Origin: Ramazzottius varieornatus
Taxonomy: Eukaryota; Animalia; Tardigrada
Length of the DNA: 64,000 nt
Assembly (NCBI GenBank): GCA_001949185.1
Contig: BDGG01000009.1
Location: 1,601,624-1,665,623 of the forward strand
Direction: 5' to 3'
Part shown: piece by piece, positions 25,901 to 37,900 of the stretch
How positions within the stretch are numbered: the stretch's first letter is position 1
Layout: every line of letters begins with the position of its first letter
Made by a program: the position numbers and the translations under genes
The notes under the pieces: generated by a model
The model's database searches: none
What the model was told of the DNA's origin: nothing
Seen by the model: only the letters and a program-made list of their open reading frames with translations

Positions 25901-28900
25901 GTTGATGTAATCTGAGGCATTGCTGACTCCGCAGCATCTTTTGTCTTCTTGCAGGAGATTCCATAGGGTGGTGAATTCGGCGTCCTCGCCAAAGGTGTTG
26001 AGTTTTTCCTTCAGATGATCCATTAGTTGAGTATTGAGCAAAGTCAGCTTTGCGGTCCACACGACACCCATTATTGCATCCAAAACGCAGAGTGAAACTA
26101 AAAAAAATGAAACGTAGAATTAAAAATATACTATGAATTGTTATTTGCCAAGTTTCGCTTGAGACAGTCTGATATTGTCAGTCGATTTATCTACCAATTT
26201 CCCTAATTTGGACGAAAAACTAGGTTGACGTATGTTTGTTCATTCCATCAACGCTATTCTGGTTTTTCCAGCCGGCTGGAGTGCATATGCATGATGTGGA
26301 GAGTTGGCATTGCAATATGTGAACAATATTGGGATTGTCTGTTGATCAATGATCATCGATTTTTGCGCGTTTTGCAGCAAGGCGTGAACAGCTTGGCGGT
26401 CCTTTTACGGTGTGACAAGAGTCTCTACATTTCCGTTGCTGCACTCAAGGACATACCCATCGAGCCCCAGAAGGTCCATAGCAAACGCACACTCAACTTG
26501 CGAGCTCCCAACACACCCAGAGCAGGTCCCAGGAAGATTTGAAAGAGCAAGGCAAGATACAGATAGATGAAGGTCCAGTCGTAGACCTCCAGCGGTAGTA
26601 AGCGGAAATAATCAGAGCTGAAGATCCATCCGACTGCACACGCTAGAACGATGGCTGAAATTATAGACAAGCTCAAAACATGGTCGGCCTTTCGTAGGAA
26701 ATCGGAAGGTGTCCGCTTCTGTGACGGATGTCATTTCAGAAAGCCAACCACCGTGTTTTCAGGCCTTTTCGGATGCTGATGATACTGAAGCGTACCTGGA
26801 ATGACGGTCACGATGCAGCTGATGTAGATCCACACCCGGTAATATCGCATAGCTCTTCCAGGCATGAGGTAGTGATTTCCAGATGGCGAGTGAACAACAC
26901 CGTCTTTCCATCTGGGAAATAAAAGATCGATCAGATTGGTGAAACGAAAGCGCTCCAGATGCTCATTTGGGTCCATCGAAAGACTAGGTCAAGACGCAGC
27001 AATGCTGCGAGTAAAACGTGTCATTAATATGATAAGAAAAAGATTACATAGCAGCAAGGTATCTAAAGTGAAAATTCTAGCAAGATAACATGCATCGTTT
27101 TCAGTAAGGACGGAATGATGAAGGTTGTGAATGTGATGGAAAGCGACAAATATCCGCCTCTGGAGGCGCGACCCAACAGATGCTGGGGAGCCTGCGGCTC
27201 GAAGTGCCAAAGTCTGCGGGACAAGTGTGTGGATTCACTGGGCTTATTCGATTAGCGCTGTACGTATTTGCGGAGAGACAGTGATTTCATACATGATCGA
27301 ACATCCTTTCCTGAAATGCCGCAGAGACTTTAATCAACAAAAGGCGCAGATTCAACTTTAGCTGACTGAGGATCAAGGAACCCTGGACAGAGCAGGAGGC
27401 TTAGATGTAAACTGTGATGTGGGTCTTCGATCTGTCATCTGTATATGCGCTTTCCCAGGTTGTGCCGGCCTTTACACTTTCACGCCCCAACATGTCTGCC
27501 ATCGTGTCAGTAATTATGGCCCCTGTAACCGCTAAGAGGAAGTGGGAAATGGCGTATGCATCACCAGTGCACAACGCCGGGATCGAAGAACCGGAATGCA
27601 CAACATCCTTGTTGTTGCATTCGTCCACCGAAAACCACCATCTGAGCAAAGGTCGCAAAAGGACTAGATGCTGCATACGTAAGCACTATCCACAGAGTAG
27701 CGACTGCTTTATGTTAAATATCCAATGAAATTTATTATGTAAAATATTGATTTACCCGTTCCAGCAGGAAATCGATTAATCCATCCGCGTTCACGTAACT
27801 TTGCAGCAGTGACGTGCCTCACGAACCGTATACCGCATTTCGCGAAGAGTTTGGGAGATTTCTTGTGGGTTGAGGGGCTTCCGAATCAAATTAGGATGAC
27901 ACAGGCCGCAAAAAGGGGATCAGCTAGGCAAAATTTCAAAGAGCAAATGAACACGATCTTCCGTCCCAAGCTGGGTAGTGTAACACACGATGGATTTTCG
28001 TTAATAAGCCGTCGATCGTGTTGCACAGATTTGCAAACTCTAGGCTGTTACGCTGCGTCACTCGATAGTATTTTCAAGCAAAGATCGAAGAGCGGTTTTC
28101 TTCCTATGATGCAAAGCATTGTCGGTCCGGCAACCGTCTTTTTGCGAAGCTTGAGTGATATAGCAAAGAGCTTTGTGTTTTCAAGCAAAATGTCCTCGAT
28201 TACTACCATGTAGAGCGTACACTGTCGACATGTGTGGTCTCAAATCCCAGAGACGCGACGCATTAGACAGCCTAGCTGTTAGAAGGTTTGCCGTACCAAG
28301 TGCGCATTCCAAGACCTTGTCATGCTGGCTTACCATCAAGCACCATCGTCAGTAATTATGATGCCACTGAAATTCAATGCGTGAACGGTGCAGGTCTCCC
28401 ACGGAGGTACATGGCAATGTAAATATGGCTTACACAGTACGCCCTGTAGCTTTATAACATGCCTTTCATTGGCCAAGTCAGCTGTATGGTTATGGACGTG
28501 CTTGATAGCCCCTGCTGATGAAAGCAACCCTGCTTTTCCCATTCTTTTCCTGGAGGTCGCAAAGCGTTGCCTTTTCACTGCCTAAGCCTTTAGACTGAAA
28601 AAAACGTAAACCCAGAAACGTCCTTTTACGTTTCCACATGAACCTTCCTCGAATTTGTCGAGTTGACTCTTAAAATCCATAGATTATCTTCACCGCAATC
28701 TAACATTGATTGCTTGGTCAAGCTATCTCTTCAGTCCACAAGAAGAGCGTCACACAAAACTGAAACGAGCATACCTTGAAGAGGCATGCTAATTTCCGGG
28801 CCTTAGCGGTTAACTTCTTTCTAGCTGACTGCAGATATTATCTTCGATCATACCTTTAACAGCCAAAGCCAGTAGCGGGTTGCAGCAAACATTTTAATTT

Positions 28901-31900
28901 GACAAAGAGGGCTCTTGTTCTTATTTGTAGATGAATGGGTCCACGCATCCTGGGAAGTTGTCCATGACGTGCGGCGGCGTTGGTGAGTGCTTTTGGGCAA
29001 AGAGTAGCATACTTAGTTGGGCTTCACCCATAGGTTCCACGCATGGCACTCATTGCATGATGAAGTGTGCTTTTCTTGCAGGCCACAATGTTGCTGACTG
29101 CCTGACACGTTTCGGGGGAGCCCCCATACTGCTCAGCGCAATCGGAAATGATTATCATGGAAAAATGGTGAAAAGCGACTCACAGCACATGGTAAGAGCA
29201 TCCAGCACACCGGTCTTAAACGGTCCCCCAAGGAGCCATCTTTCGGCCTTTGTACTTGCTTTCTCAATTAGGATTTCTCACATGTGCGAGAAGATGCTTC
29301 CTCCTTCGCTACAGCTTCCTACATTGGCATCCTGAACCAAAGAGGCCAGCTCTACGGCGGTGTTATGGACATGTCCATCCATGGCACTATCAACCGAGAC
29401 TACGTAAGCTCCTTGGGCTGAAAAGGCTGTGGGTATACCAGTAGGGCATGTCTTGATAAAAGAACAGTACCGACCAACATCGTCTGACACTATAAAATTT
29501 CCTTTGCAAAATCTTCATCGATAGAAATATCGTTGAGCGTGATATACAGTTTTTTATTTTTACGTTTATCAACAGGTGAAGCAGCACGAAGAGAGAATCA
29601 AGGCGGCGCCACTGGTCGTTCTGGATGGGAACCCACCGGTGGAATGCATGGACTACGTCCTCTCATTAGCGAAGAAGTACGAGAGACCAGGTAAGGCACT
29701 TTTCGACAAAAGTTTCACAGCTCGGTGCCGAGCGAATCAGGAGGAGACTTTTGAGCTTGCAGCGAGGATGGTACTTGTTCCGTTGGCAGTCGCGCAAGCT
29801 CCAGGCTTCTGACTGTTCGGCCTTCTTTGTACATGACGGCTGCCGAGGTCAGGAGAAAGGGTATGGATGCAAAGGAAAGCCAGAAGGACCAACTGTAAAA
29901 GTTGTACAGTTGATGGGGCATCCATTTTTGCTCTTCGGCTTGTATGCCAAAGAGGATGATTGCTACTAGCAAGCTGACCCCTGTAAGTGACAAAACACTG
30001 GCTTGCTGCTGTCTTCCAACCTTGTCAGTCTTGAAGGTTGTGTTGAATTGAGGACAACTGACCAGAGATGGCGTTCTGTATGGCTGTGGTTCGTATGAAG
30101 AAGGAAGTGCCCGTTTTGATGACTTGGGCCGCCATCAGAGTGAGGAGCAGCAGGGAACTGAGTGTCAGGATTAGCGCTGTGGTGGCGAAACCCTGGACTG
30201 CCAGGAACCACGCTGCCAAAAGTGGTTGAAAGGGCAAGGTTATAGTAAGAGTGTAATTGCTTTGTGAGTGGGAACTGGGCCCAGACTTACAAGGTAGGAT
30301 GAATTCCCAGATGGGACGATACTCCTGGCTGTGGACCCAGTGACATCCAGTGAAAGGGTGATGGAACTGGTATGAGTGATGGAAGTACTTGTTGAAGCAG
30401 ACCTGCCACAAGCCCAACTTGACAAAGTCGCTGTAGGCATGAGGTCGAGATTCCATCCTGAAAAGAGGGATATCGTCAGAAAAGATGCGCCACCTTCCGC
30501 TCATGTGGCAGCCGGGGGAAAGCACACAAGTTAGCTTTACCAGTTTGGGGTGCTGAATGACAGGAAAAGTAGCGCGAAACCGATGAAAGTTAGTATGGCT
30601 CCAGACAGCATTGCAGTCGATGCTATGGATTCTTCTTCCTTGTCCGTCGAATGGTCTGTCGTCGTCGTCGACCGACGGCGCACTGCTCTCCATGCGGCAT
30701 GATGGTCTCTCGCGATTTGAAGCAAGGTCGAGACAGTAGCGGTACTTCGCCCATATTTACTCTCCATGAAGGCAACACTGCCTTGAAGCGTCCTCACATG
30801 CAGTTTTCAGTGGCTTCGGACCACTGTATACTAGAAAAAACTCGGTAGACTTTTAAACCAGGTGTCAGCTCTGTGATCTGACCATCGCGAGAGATGACTA
30901 CACTTACATAGAACGGACATGCTTCAAAGGATCAGCGGACCAATGTATTTGTGCAGAGAACGAAGAGATATGTACGATGTAACAAATGTAGGCAGTGAGA
31001 GATTTTTACGTTCCTTGTCGGACGTGTGGATCATAGAAAGTATGCAGCAGCTTTCGCAACTGTACGCCTTAAATGACAGGCTTTACGTTATGGCTAAGTG
31101 GCCAGAAAGGTCAACTAACTAACTTACCAGGGCCGAGCTCTCTTTGATGTTTTTCGCGGCTACTTGCTTCCTGATTGTTATTTGATATGGAAATTAATGT
31201 TTCTGTATATCTGTAGTGGGCCTATTTGACATCTTTACCCTTCAAGTAGGAATGCACTATTGTTTTTTATTGGAACAAGAGCTTTGGAGTGGACGAGTAC
31301 ATAGCGGCGCAGTTATCACATGTAGGCACAGCTCTTGCATTAGGCTGGTCGCAGCGGCCAAGAAAGTATACCTTATTGCGAGCCATTCGAGCCAGACTAG
31401 ATTTATCCTACCTATAGTGGCTGTGCTAGAAAGCTACAACGTTTCCATTGAAAAGAGACCTTTGAGGTTGCGGTGGTTTGATTTTCCGCGACGATTGCAG
31501 TGGATGTCTGTAGCTCTAGACTTGTGTTTGGTCGTTGTGGACAACCGAGTTTTGTCGTAGTAAGTTGGCCGTCTGGTGCAATGGGATGATGGTTGATGGT
31601 GAAAGGGAGCTGCGCTTGTCTTGAGTGGCAATGGCGTTGGCGAAGCGAACTCTCTTTCGTGGAGTGACTTTTGTATGGCTGGGGAAACTAGACTGCAGAT
31701 ATCCATTGGTTTTCGACACAGCAGTGCGCACTATAGGACCTTTTGCTAGGTATGGTAGGTTCTTCCTTCTCTTATGGAGGTCGACCATCACAAGGAGGGC
31801 TGTAACATGCTGGCCGACAGCTGCCATCACTGCCGCGGAGAAGCCCCACGAGAGATAGTTCCTTCTCCAGTCGGGCATCCAGTCACGGCCGTCACCGCGA

Positions 31901-34900
31901 ACGGCAAATATCAGCACAGCTACAGTCATCCAAAAGGCAGAAGCAGCGTGCAGAATAGCCGTTAGGATGAGCCATTTGAGACGGACTACATAACGTATTC
32001 GGTATAGGAAGAAAGTGAGGAAGGCCGAGAAGCACAGCATGAAGCCGATGGTGTAGGTTGCTTGAACCATCTGCAGGAATTCTAAAAAAGCCAAGCTTGT
32101 GATGATAGAGGTTATTAGGCTTAATAAGGGCAGCACTTGACTTGCCTGGAAGGTAGACAGAACGTAGGAACCATAGGTCTTCGTCAAAGATGTGGCGGCA
32201 GCCATTTATACGAGTGGGATAGCGAAAGTTGGCATCGTAAATGTCCTTGAAGCAGAAGATCCACAGGCCTGCTTTGCGAAAACGAGGGTTCCCTTCTCTG
32301 CTTTCAAGCCAACTCTGACTGGTCAATGCGATGCCCGATACGATAAGGGACAGAAATGACAGAAAGAAACTGTACAGATGCCTACTTTTCCAGCTGCGCG
32401 CTTTGCCCCATCTTTGCGACGACATCTTCCGACAGTGCGACTGTCTGCATGTCTGTGTTGGATTGATGGAATGTATGTCGTTGTGCGCTTTGTGCAACCT
32501 GTTGATGGTCGTGTCGGAAGTACGTCAGGCACTTCAGCGCAGCACTTTATCCTATCAATGATCGTTTCAAACATTTCAAGCGCCAGTCTGAGTTGTTTTT
32601 TCAAGGTTTGGGTGCATGGCTTCTTGACAGCTAGGTGGTTGTTAAGACCCTGCCGGCAATAGTATGCTGGCTAGCTGTTGTGAACATGCAAGGGGGCTTG
32701 TGGGTGCTGTGTTTGCTGAAGATGACGCTGCCCATTCAGGGAATACGTCTGGTTCGTTTGATGGACTGTAGTGGCTTCTGCGCATTGCTGACAGGGCTGG
32801 AAGTGTCGAAGGATAACTTGTCTAAATATAACACCTTGTGATTAGCAATGCAAACCTCAACATGTCTTAATTACCCTGCGCAAACAAGATATGATGCCAC
32901 GCGCGCGCAGATAGAGGCCACAGTTTGAGTGGCGCCTAACTTTGGGACAATTGCCTTGCTGTGTACGCCGGTTCATGTGGGTACGACGATGATCAGGTTA
33001 TTCAATGATGGCAGACTTGATCGTCGGTTGACCAATGGTCAAATAAAGGGATGGCATTGGACGATGAATGGTAACCTCGGTACCATCCATATATGCACCC
33101 TGTTCGTTGCCGGCCGGGAGATGGCCTGCCTGGAGACCATAGTGATATCCCTGATAAGCTCACTTTGAGAATTGCCTGTGTTCTTGCATCTCACGAGTGT
33201 TTGAGCTCTCGTGACTTAGGGGTCTTTACAAATTCTGCTGACCATGCATGCAAGCTTTTTCTGTTGTATGCATGCATGCAGGGTGCCTGACAGTCATGCA
33301 GGTCGTAACAGGCTTAAGTTAGTGGCTTCTGCTTACCTGAGCGTGGGCTCACAACGTCAAGACTTTGATCTTATCCAACTTTACATTGTCATCATCCACA
33401 GCTATTGTTCACGCCTTCGTGCCTCGCATGATGCGACAAAAGTCTGTCAAGTTTCTCCAGGAACACAGTGTGGATATGGCAGAAAGAGTCCAGTCATGTG
33501 CAGGCTTGAGGAAAAAACAGCACCGAAGTGGAAGAGTACACTGTGAAGAACCATCATTGTGCTGCTGGACATTGTGTACTTTGGCACCGCGTTTTGTTCT
33601 TCACTGCTAATTTGAATTCGAAAGCTCGTGTTTCTCACTTAGTCAGGCTTGTATGAGGCTGAAAGGCCGATCGACTTGTTGCAAAGAGTATCGGATATGG
33701 CCGACAGTCTTTTATTATGGGGATCGAGGCGTTATATAAATCTGGGTATTAATGGCTAAAGTGATCAATGGAGCAACGCGTAAACTGAATAGAATGGAAA
33801 TGGGTCAGTGGCTAAATCAGTTGTGAAAAATGCCAATAAAGGCCAAAATTTCAAGGAAGGGCTGGGCAGTAGTAAAGGTAAGCAGACACTGACTAACGCA
33901 GCGGCGTTGAAATGCAGCGTTGCAGAAAACGAGTGCCAACTATGAGCCAAGAGCTTGGTCATGTCACACGGGGAGAACTTGACGCCGTCCTTGCAGTCAT
34001 GGCATCGAACAGCGGACCGAATCAAGTACTTGCTGGTGATCGACCATCAAACTCCATCAACACAATCAATGCCAAATTTGGCTTTCTTTCTCGCTCGTTG
34101 ATGATATTGATGAGATTTCTTTGGAGAAGATATTTGAGCTTCAGTTTCGTTAAAAGAGAAGATCTGATTGCTTTGACGTAAGGGAGAAATGCACAGGGAA
34201 GGAACAACAACTGCGATGTACAATAGTATTAAAAAAAACAGGTTAGGCGGTGACTGTTTGAGATGATCAAGCGAGAAACAACAAAGGCAGTATAAAGGTT
34301 TCTTATGGCTTTTTCCAGAAACAAACTTATTTTGCCACAACAGAATCATAATAATACTTGGCTAGTTGGAGACATCTACAAGTCACTGTCCTTTACGGCG
34401 TATTGATATTCGCGTTTGTATTCATATGAATAGGTGTTGTCACCGTTGGTGCCGTTGGGCTTTGGAGGTAATACCGGCACCACGTTGCGGTACTCGCGCT
34501 CCTGCTTCACTTGAACGTTCTTATATTCCCGCGAGTCAGCTCCTTGCAACTAACAACAGAAAAGGAAGAATCACTGTTAGCTTCACCACCAAATGTAGCA
34601 GGCCAAGTAACCGTCAAACTCTTTCTGCTAAATCGTCGGACGGCAAAAATGATGGGTAAACAGAAGGGTGGTGCTCTTTCATCAACCTGCATACATCGAT
34701 CCTGCACTAAGTGTACGGTTGGATGTAGGCGGGTGTAGGAAAGTTAGTTGTATTGTGTTTAGCGCCGTTTGACATTGAAGATTTATCCTTACTGAAGTCA
34801 TTTCCGGGTGTGTTTTCCTGGCTTGTTCGGTGGTGACAACGTAGCCGGTTTGCTGTGCCTTTGTGGGTTCGGAAGTGATGAGGACTGGTTGAGGTTGACG

Positions 34901-37900
34901 GTGGACCACTGTGATGGCGTCGCCGCGTTCGTCGGCGTAGGCTGCTCGGCGACCCTCAATCAGGAAGAGAGCTCCACAAATCCACAGTAATATGCCTCCA
35001 CCCACTGCCAGGGCAAATGACCACGACAGGTAGTTACTCTGCCAGCCAAAGATCCATTCACGATCGAAGACTCGGGCAGCGAAGATGATGAAGGAAATAC
35101 AGATGAACAAGGCTGTAAAATGGAGGCATTGACATATTGCTTTCTTGATCCTTTCCAAACTCTTTTCTATGGGCTTATTGCTTTGTTAGGTAGCTTCATT
35201 ATAGATGTAGAGGCACGAAGGTTTTTTACGCTAGTTTTTTCAAGGCGGTTGCGCTTTGATGGAGGACCACGTGGCAAACGGTTTGCGATGGGCGTCGATT
35301 GACATTGCGGTCATCTTCATTTTCTGTCTTCTGCGCTGCACGCAATGCATGCACAGAAAAGTACTGCTCTATACTGCTTGGCACATGTCTTTCTGCGATT
35401 ATCTGTCTCACAGCATGGTTGTACTGTAGTACTCTAGCGTGCAACGAGGTAACTTCACATTGTCGCTAGACTGACAATATTTCTCGCGGTCGGCCATGCA
35501 ACCTTCGTGCCTGTTGTTATGAGTTGCTGGCCGTCATGAGGAAAAACAGGTTATATGCGAGTCAGATTCCATTGCTCTTGGCTGTCCTCTCTCTTTCTTG
35601 TACCGTACCTGCTAGCATAAAGATGGCCCCCAGACCAAATAGCATGCCGGAATTTGGTCCGCGTACCAAGACGGCAATCAGCAGGATCATTCCGACGACA
35701 CAAAGGATGAAACCTATGGTGTACAGGACCTGCGTGGCGATGAAGAATGCTGTGAAAAAAGAAAGTGAAATTGTCGGGATGTGCCAGAAGGAAATGTAGG
35801 GCAGTCGTCAATTGAGGATTATTGAATTTGACGGCGAAGCCAAGGAGGGCTGTTGCCAGACAGGTATCCCCCCCCTCCGATCAATAGCGGCCTATGAGTC
35901 AAAGCAGTGATGGCCCGCATTGAGATGACCAGTGCCATGCGGGAGCGCTCTGACTCATTTATAGTACCACACCCTGTTTTTACTGATTCACTGACTGACA
36001 ATACCCCCACATCAAAAAAGTCATAATTTATTCCTTTTGATGTCAAATTTTCAGGTCAAATTATTGGATATTTTGCATAGAGTGTTTTGTTGGTTTAGCG
36101 CTTACAAGGAGCGAGGAATTCCATCATAGGCGGCCATCCTGAGCTAAAGTACCATCGGCAGATGATTGAGTAGCGGAGGAAAGGGTCGCCAATCTGGTAT
36201 AGTCGAAAGCAAAATTGCCAGAGACCCATTTTGTCAAAGGGAATATTGAAGGGAGGGACGGGGTTGGAGACCATGTTGCGGTCGGCTTCCAGCCAGACCG
36301 GTGTGGCAAAGGCAATCAGGACAATAATGACGGCGATGATGGCGGCCACAGCGGCAAAGGCCATCAAGGAATTTATCCGTCCCACTGGATTGGATCTCCC
36401 CGTCGCACCATTATTTCTCCGTCCCAATCTTCCAGCCATTGTGGAAGAAAAGTTAGGGAGATATGAGAGGAAGAAAAGTCAGACTTGTCGCTGGTGTTGG
36501 CAGTCAGTAGCGGGATGTTGTTTAGGAGATTAAGTGCGGAAATAATCCAAAGTAAACACGAACAGCACGCCGCACTACCGATAAGAGCTGGTCAAACGTG
36601 GATTCGATGCGGACAGGCAGGCTGGATGATGGTCAAAAGGGCGGTCAGTCACACCGTTATGCTCTCATATACAAGATCGTAATATTGCTGGTCGACAAAT
36701 GTCCACTCCGAGCTTGGGCTGCTACAGTCGATGGTGGATCGGCGGAGCAAATTTTAACTTGAACTGAGGCTTGCACAGAGTTCATGTTCTCACATCAACA
36801 TGTTTGTCTTCTCTTCGATCGTCTGATTCGTCGTATACCTGTACGGTAGTCGGCTCTAACTGGCTCTAGGTACGACTGCGCCTGCAACAGCCGCCTTATA
36901 CCTTTTGCGCAAAGCTATCGATTTGTCTAGCAGCAGAGAAAAGTAGTCCAACAGCCTTTTGTAACAGAGCAGATTTACCTTGCTGAAGTGAACTATTACG
37001 CCATCCATACCTCGTACAACTGTAGAGTGTAGATGCCGATGGTACGCGTAGAATGTGTATCATCAGGGCACACCTGCAAATGGCTTGGCGAATGTGAAGT
37101 TCGGTGCTGGCGAGCTGCGATCCTTATCGTTGTACCAGCGAGCTTGGTACACTCATCGTGACAGAGTGCCTTCACATCTATTTGTCCAAAAAGCCACAAC
37201 CGGTTTTTTCCTACACTCATTACATTCTCGACATTCACTCTCTCTCTCTCTCTCCATGCAATGTTGTCTCGTACCATATTTTCACGTCGTACAATGTGAA
37301 CGTTACTCATAGAGTCACACCGACCGGTGTGCATGGCTTAATTCCGGCGCGTACGGGTTTGTGGTTCGTCATTGGCGAATTACACTGACATGCAGGTGTA
37401 TTCGGTGCAAGCACCTTGAGAAGGGGAGAGCTCTGTGTGATGATGCAAAGTCGATCTGTTAGCCTCTAGCGGCATTTTGACTTTAGACTGGAGGAATGTG
37501 TCACAGTCAACTGCATGACGACCTTCTGGCAGGATATCAGAATATGGTATATCTACAGCTGCAGCTAACTTAAGCTTTGCGGAGGGTTATGCAGGAAGTG
37601 AGCAATGGCTTTTATGTTTGGGGCGTCGTTCTGCATACAACATCAAAAGCCGGTGAATGGAGTAATATAATTACATTGGCTATCACACAGCAAGATACAC
37701 TCCTCGAAAATGTGCGCTATAGTGCAAACACATTCAGCACCTACACAGTCACCCCCAACCATTTGCCGAGGTTAAATGGGGAATGCAGTCAAGGTTTTCC
37801 GCTGACATTCTCCAGTCATTCTTTGAGGCATTGCCCAGAGCGAAGCTGCAGGTGCCTTGCTGGACCAGGAAGTAGTGTGGAGCTAGTGGTTTGTACTTCA

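Noticed and set aside
31216-31560. Possible next exon of the PsuK domain (AG acceptor at 31216)
   Set aside because: The translation lacks PfkB motifs, whereas the exon at 39147 continues the domain correctly.
37237-37254. (CT)n microsatellite
   Set aside because: Short, ordinary simple repeat.
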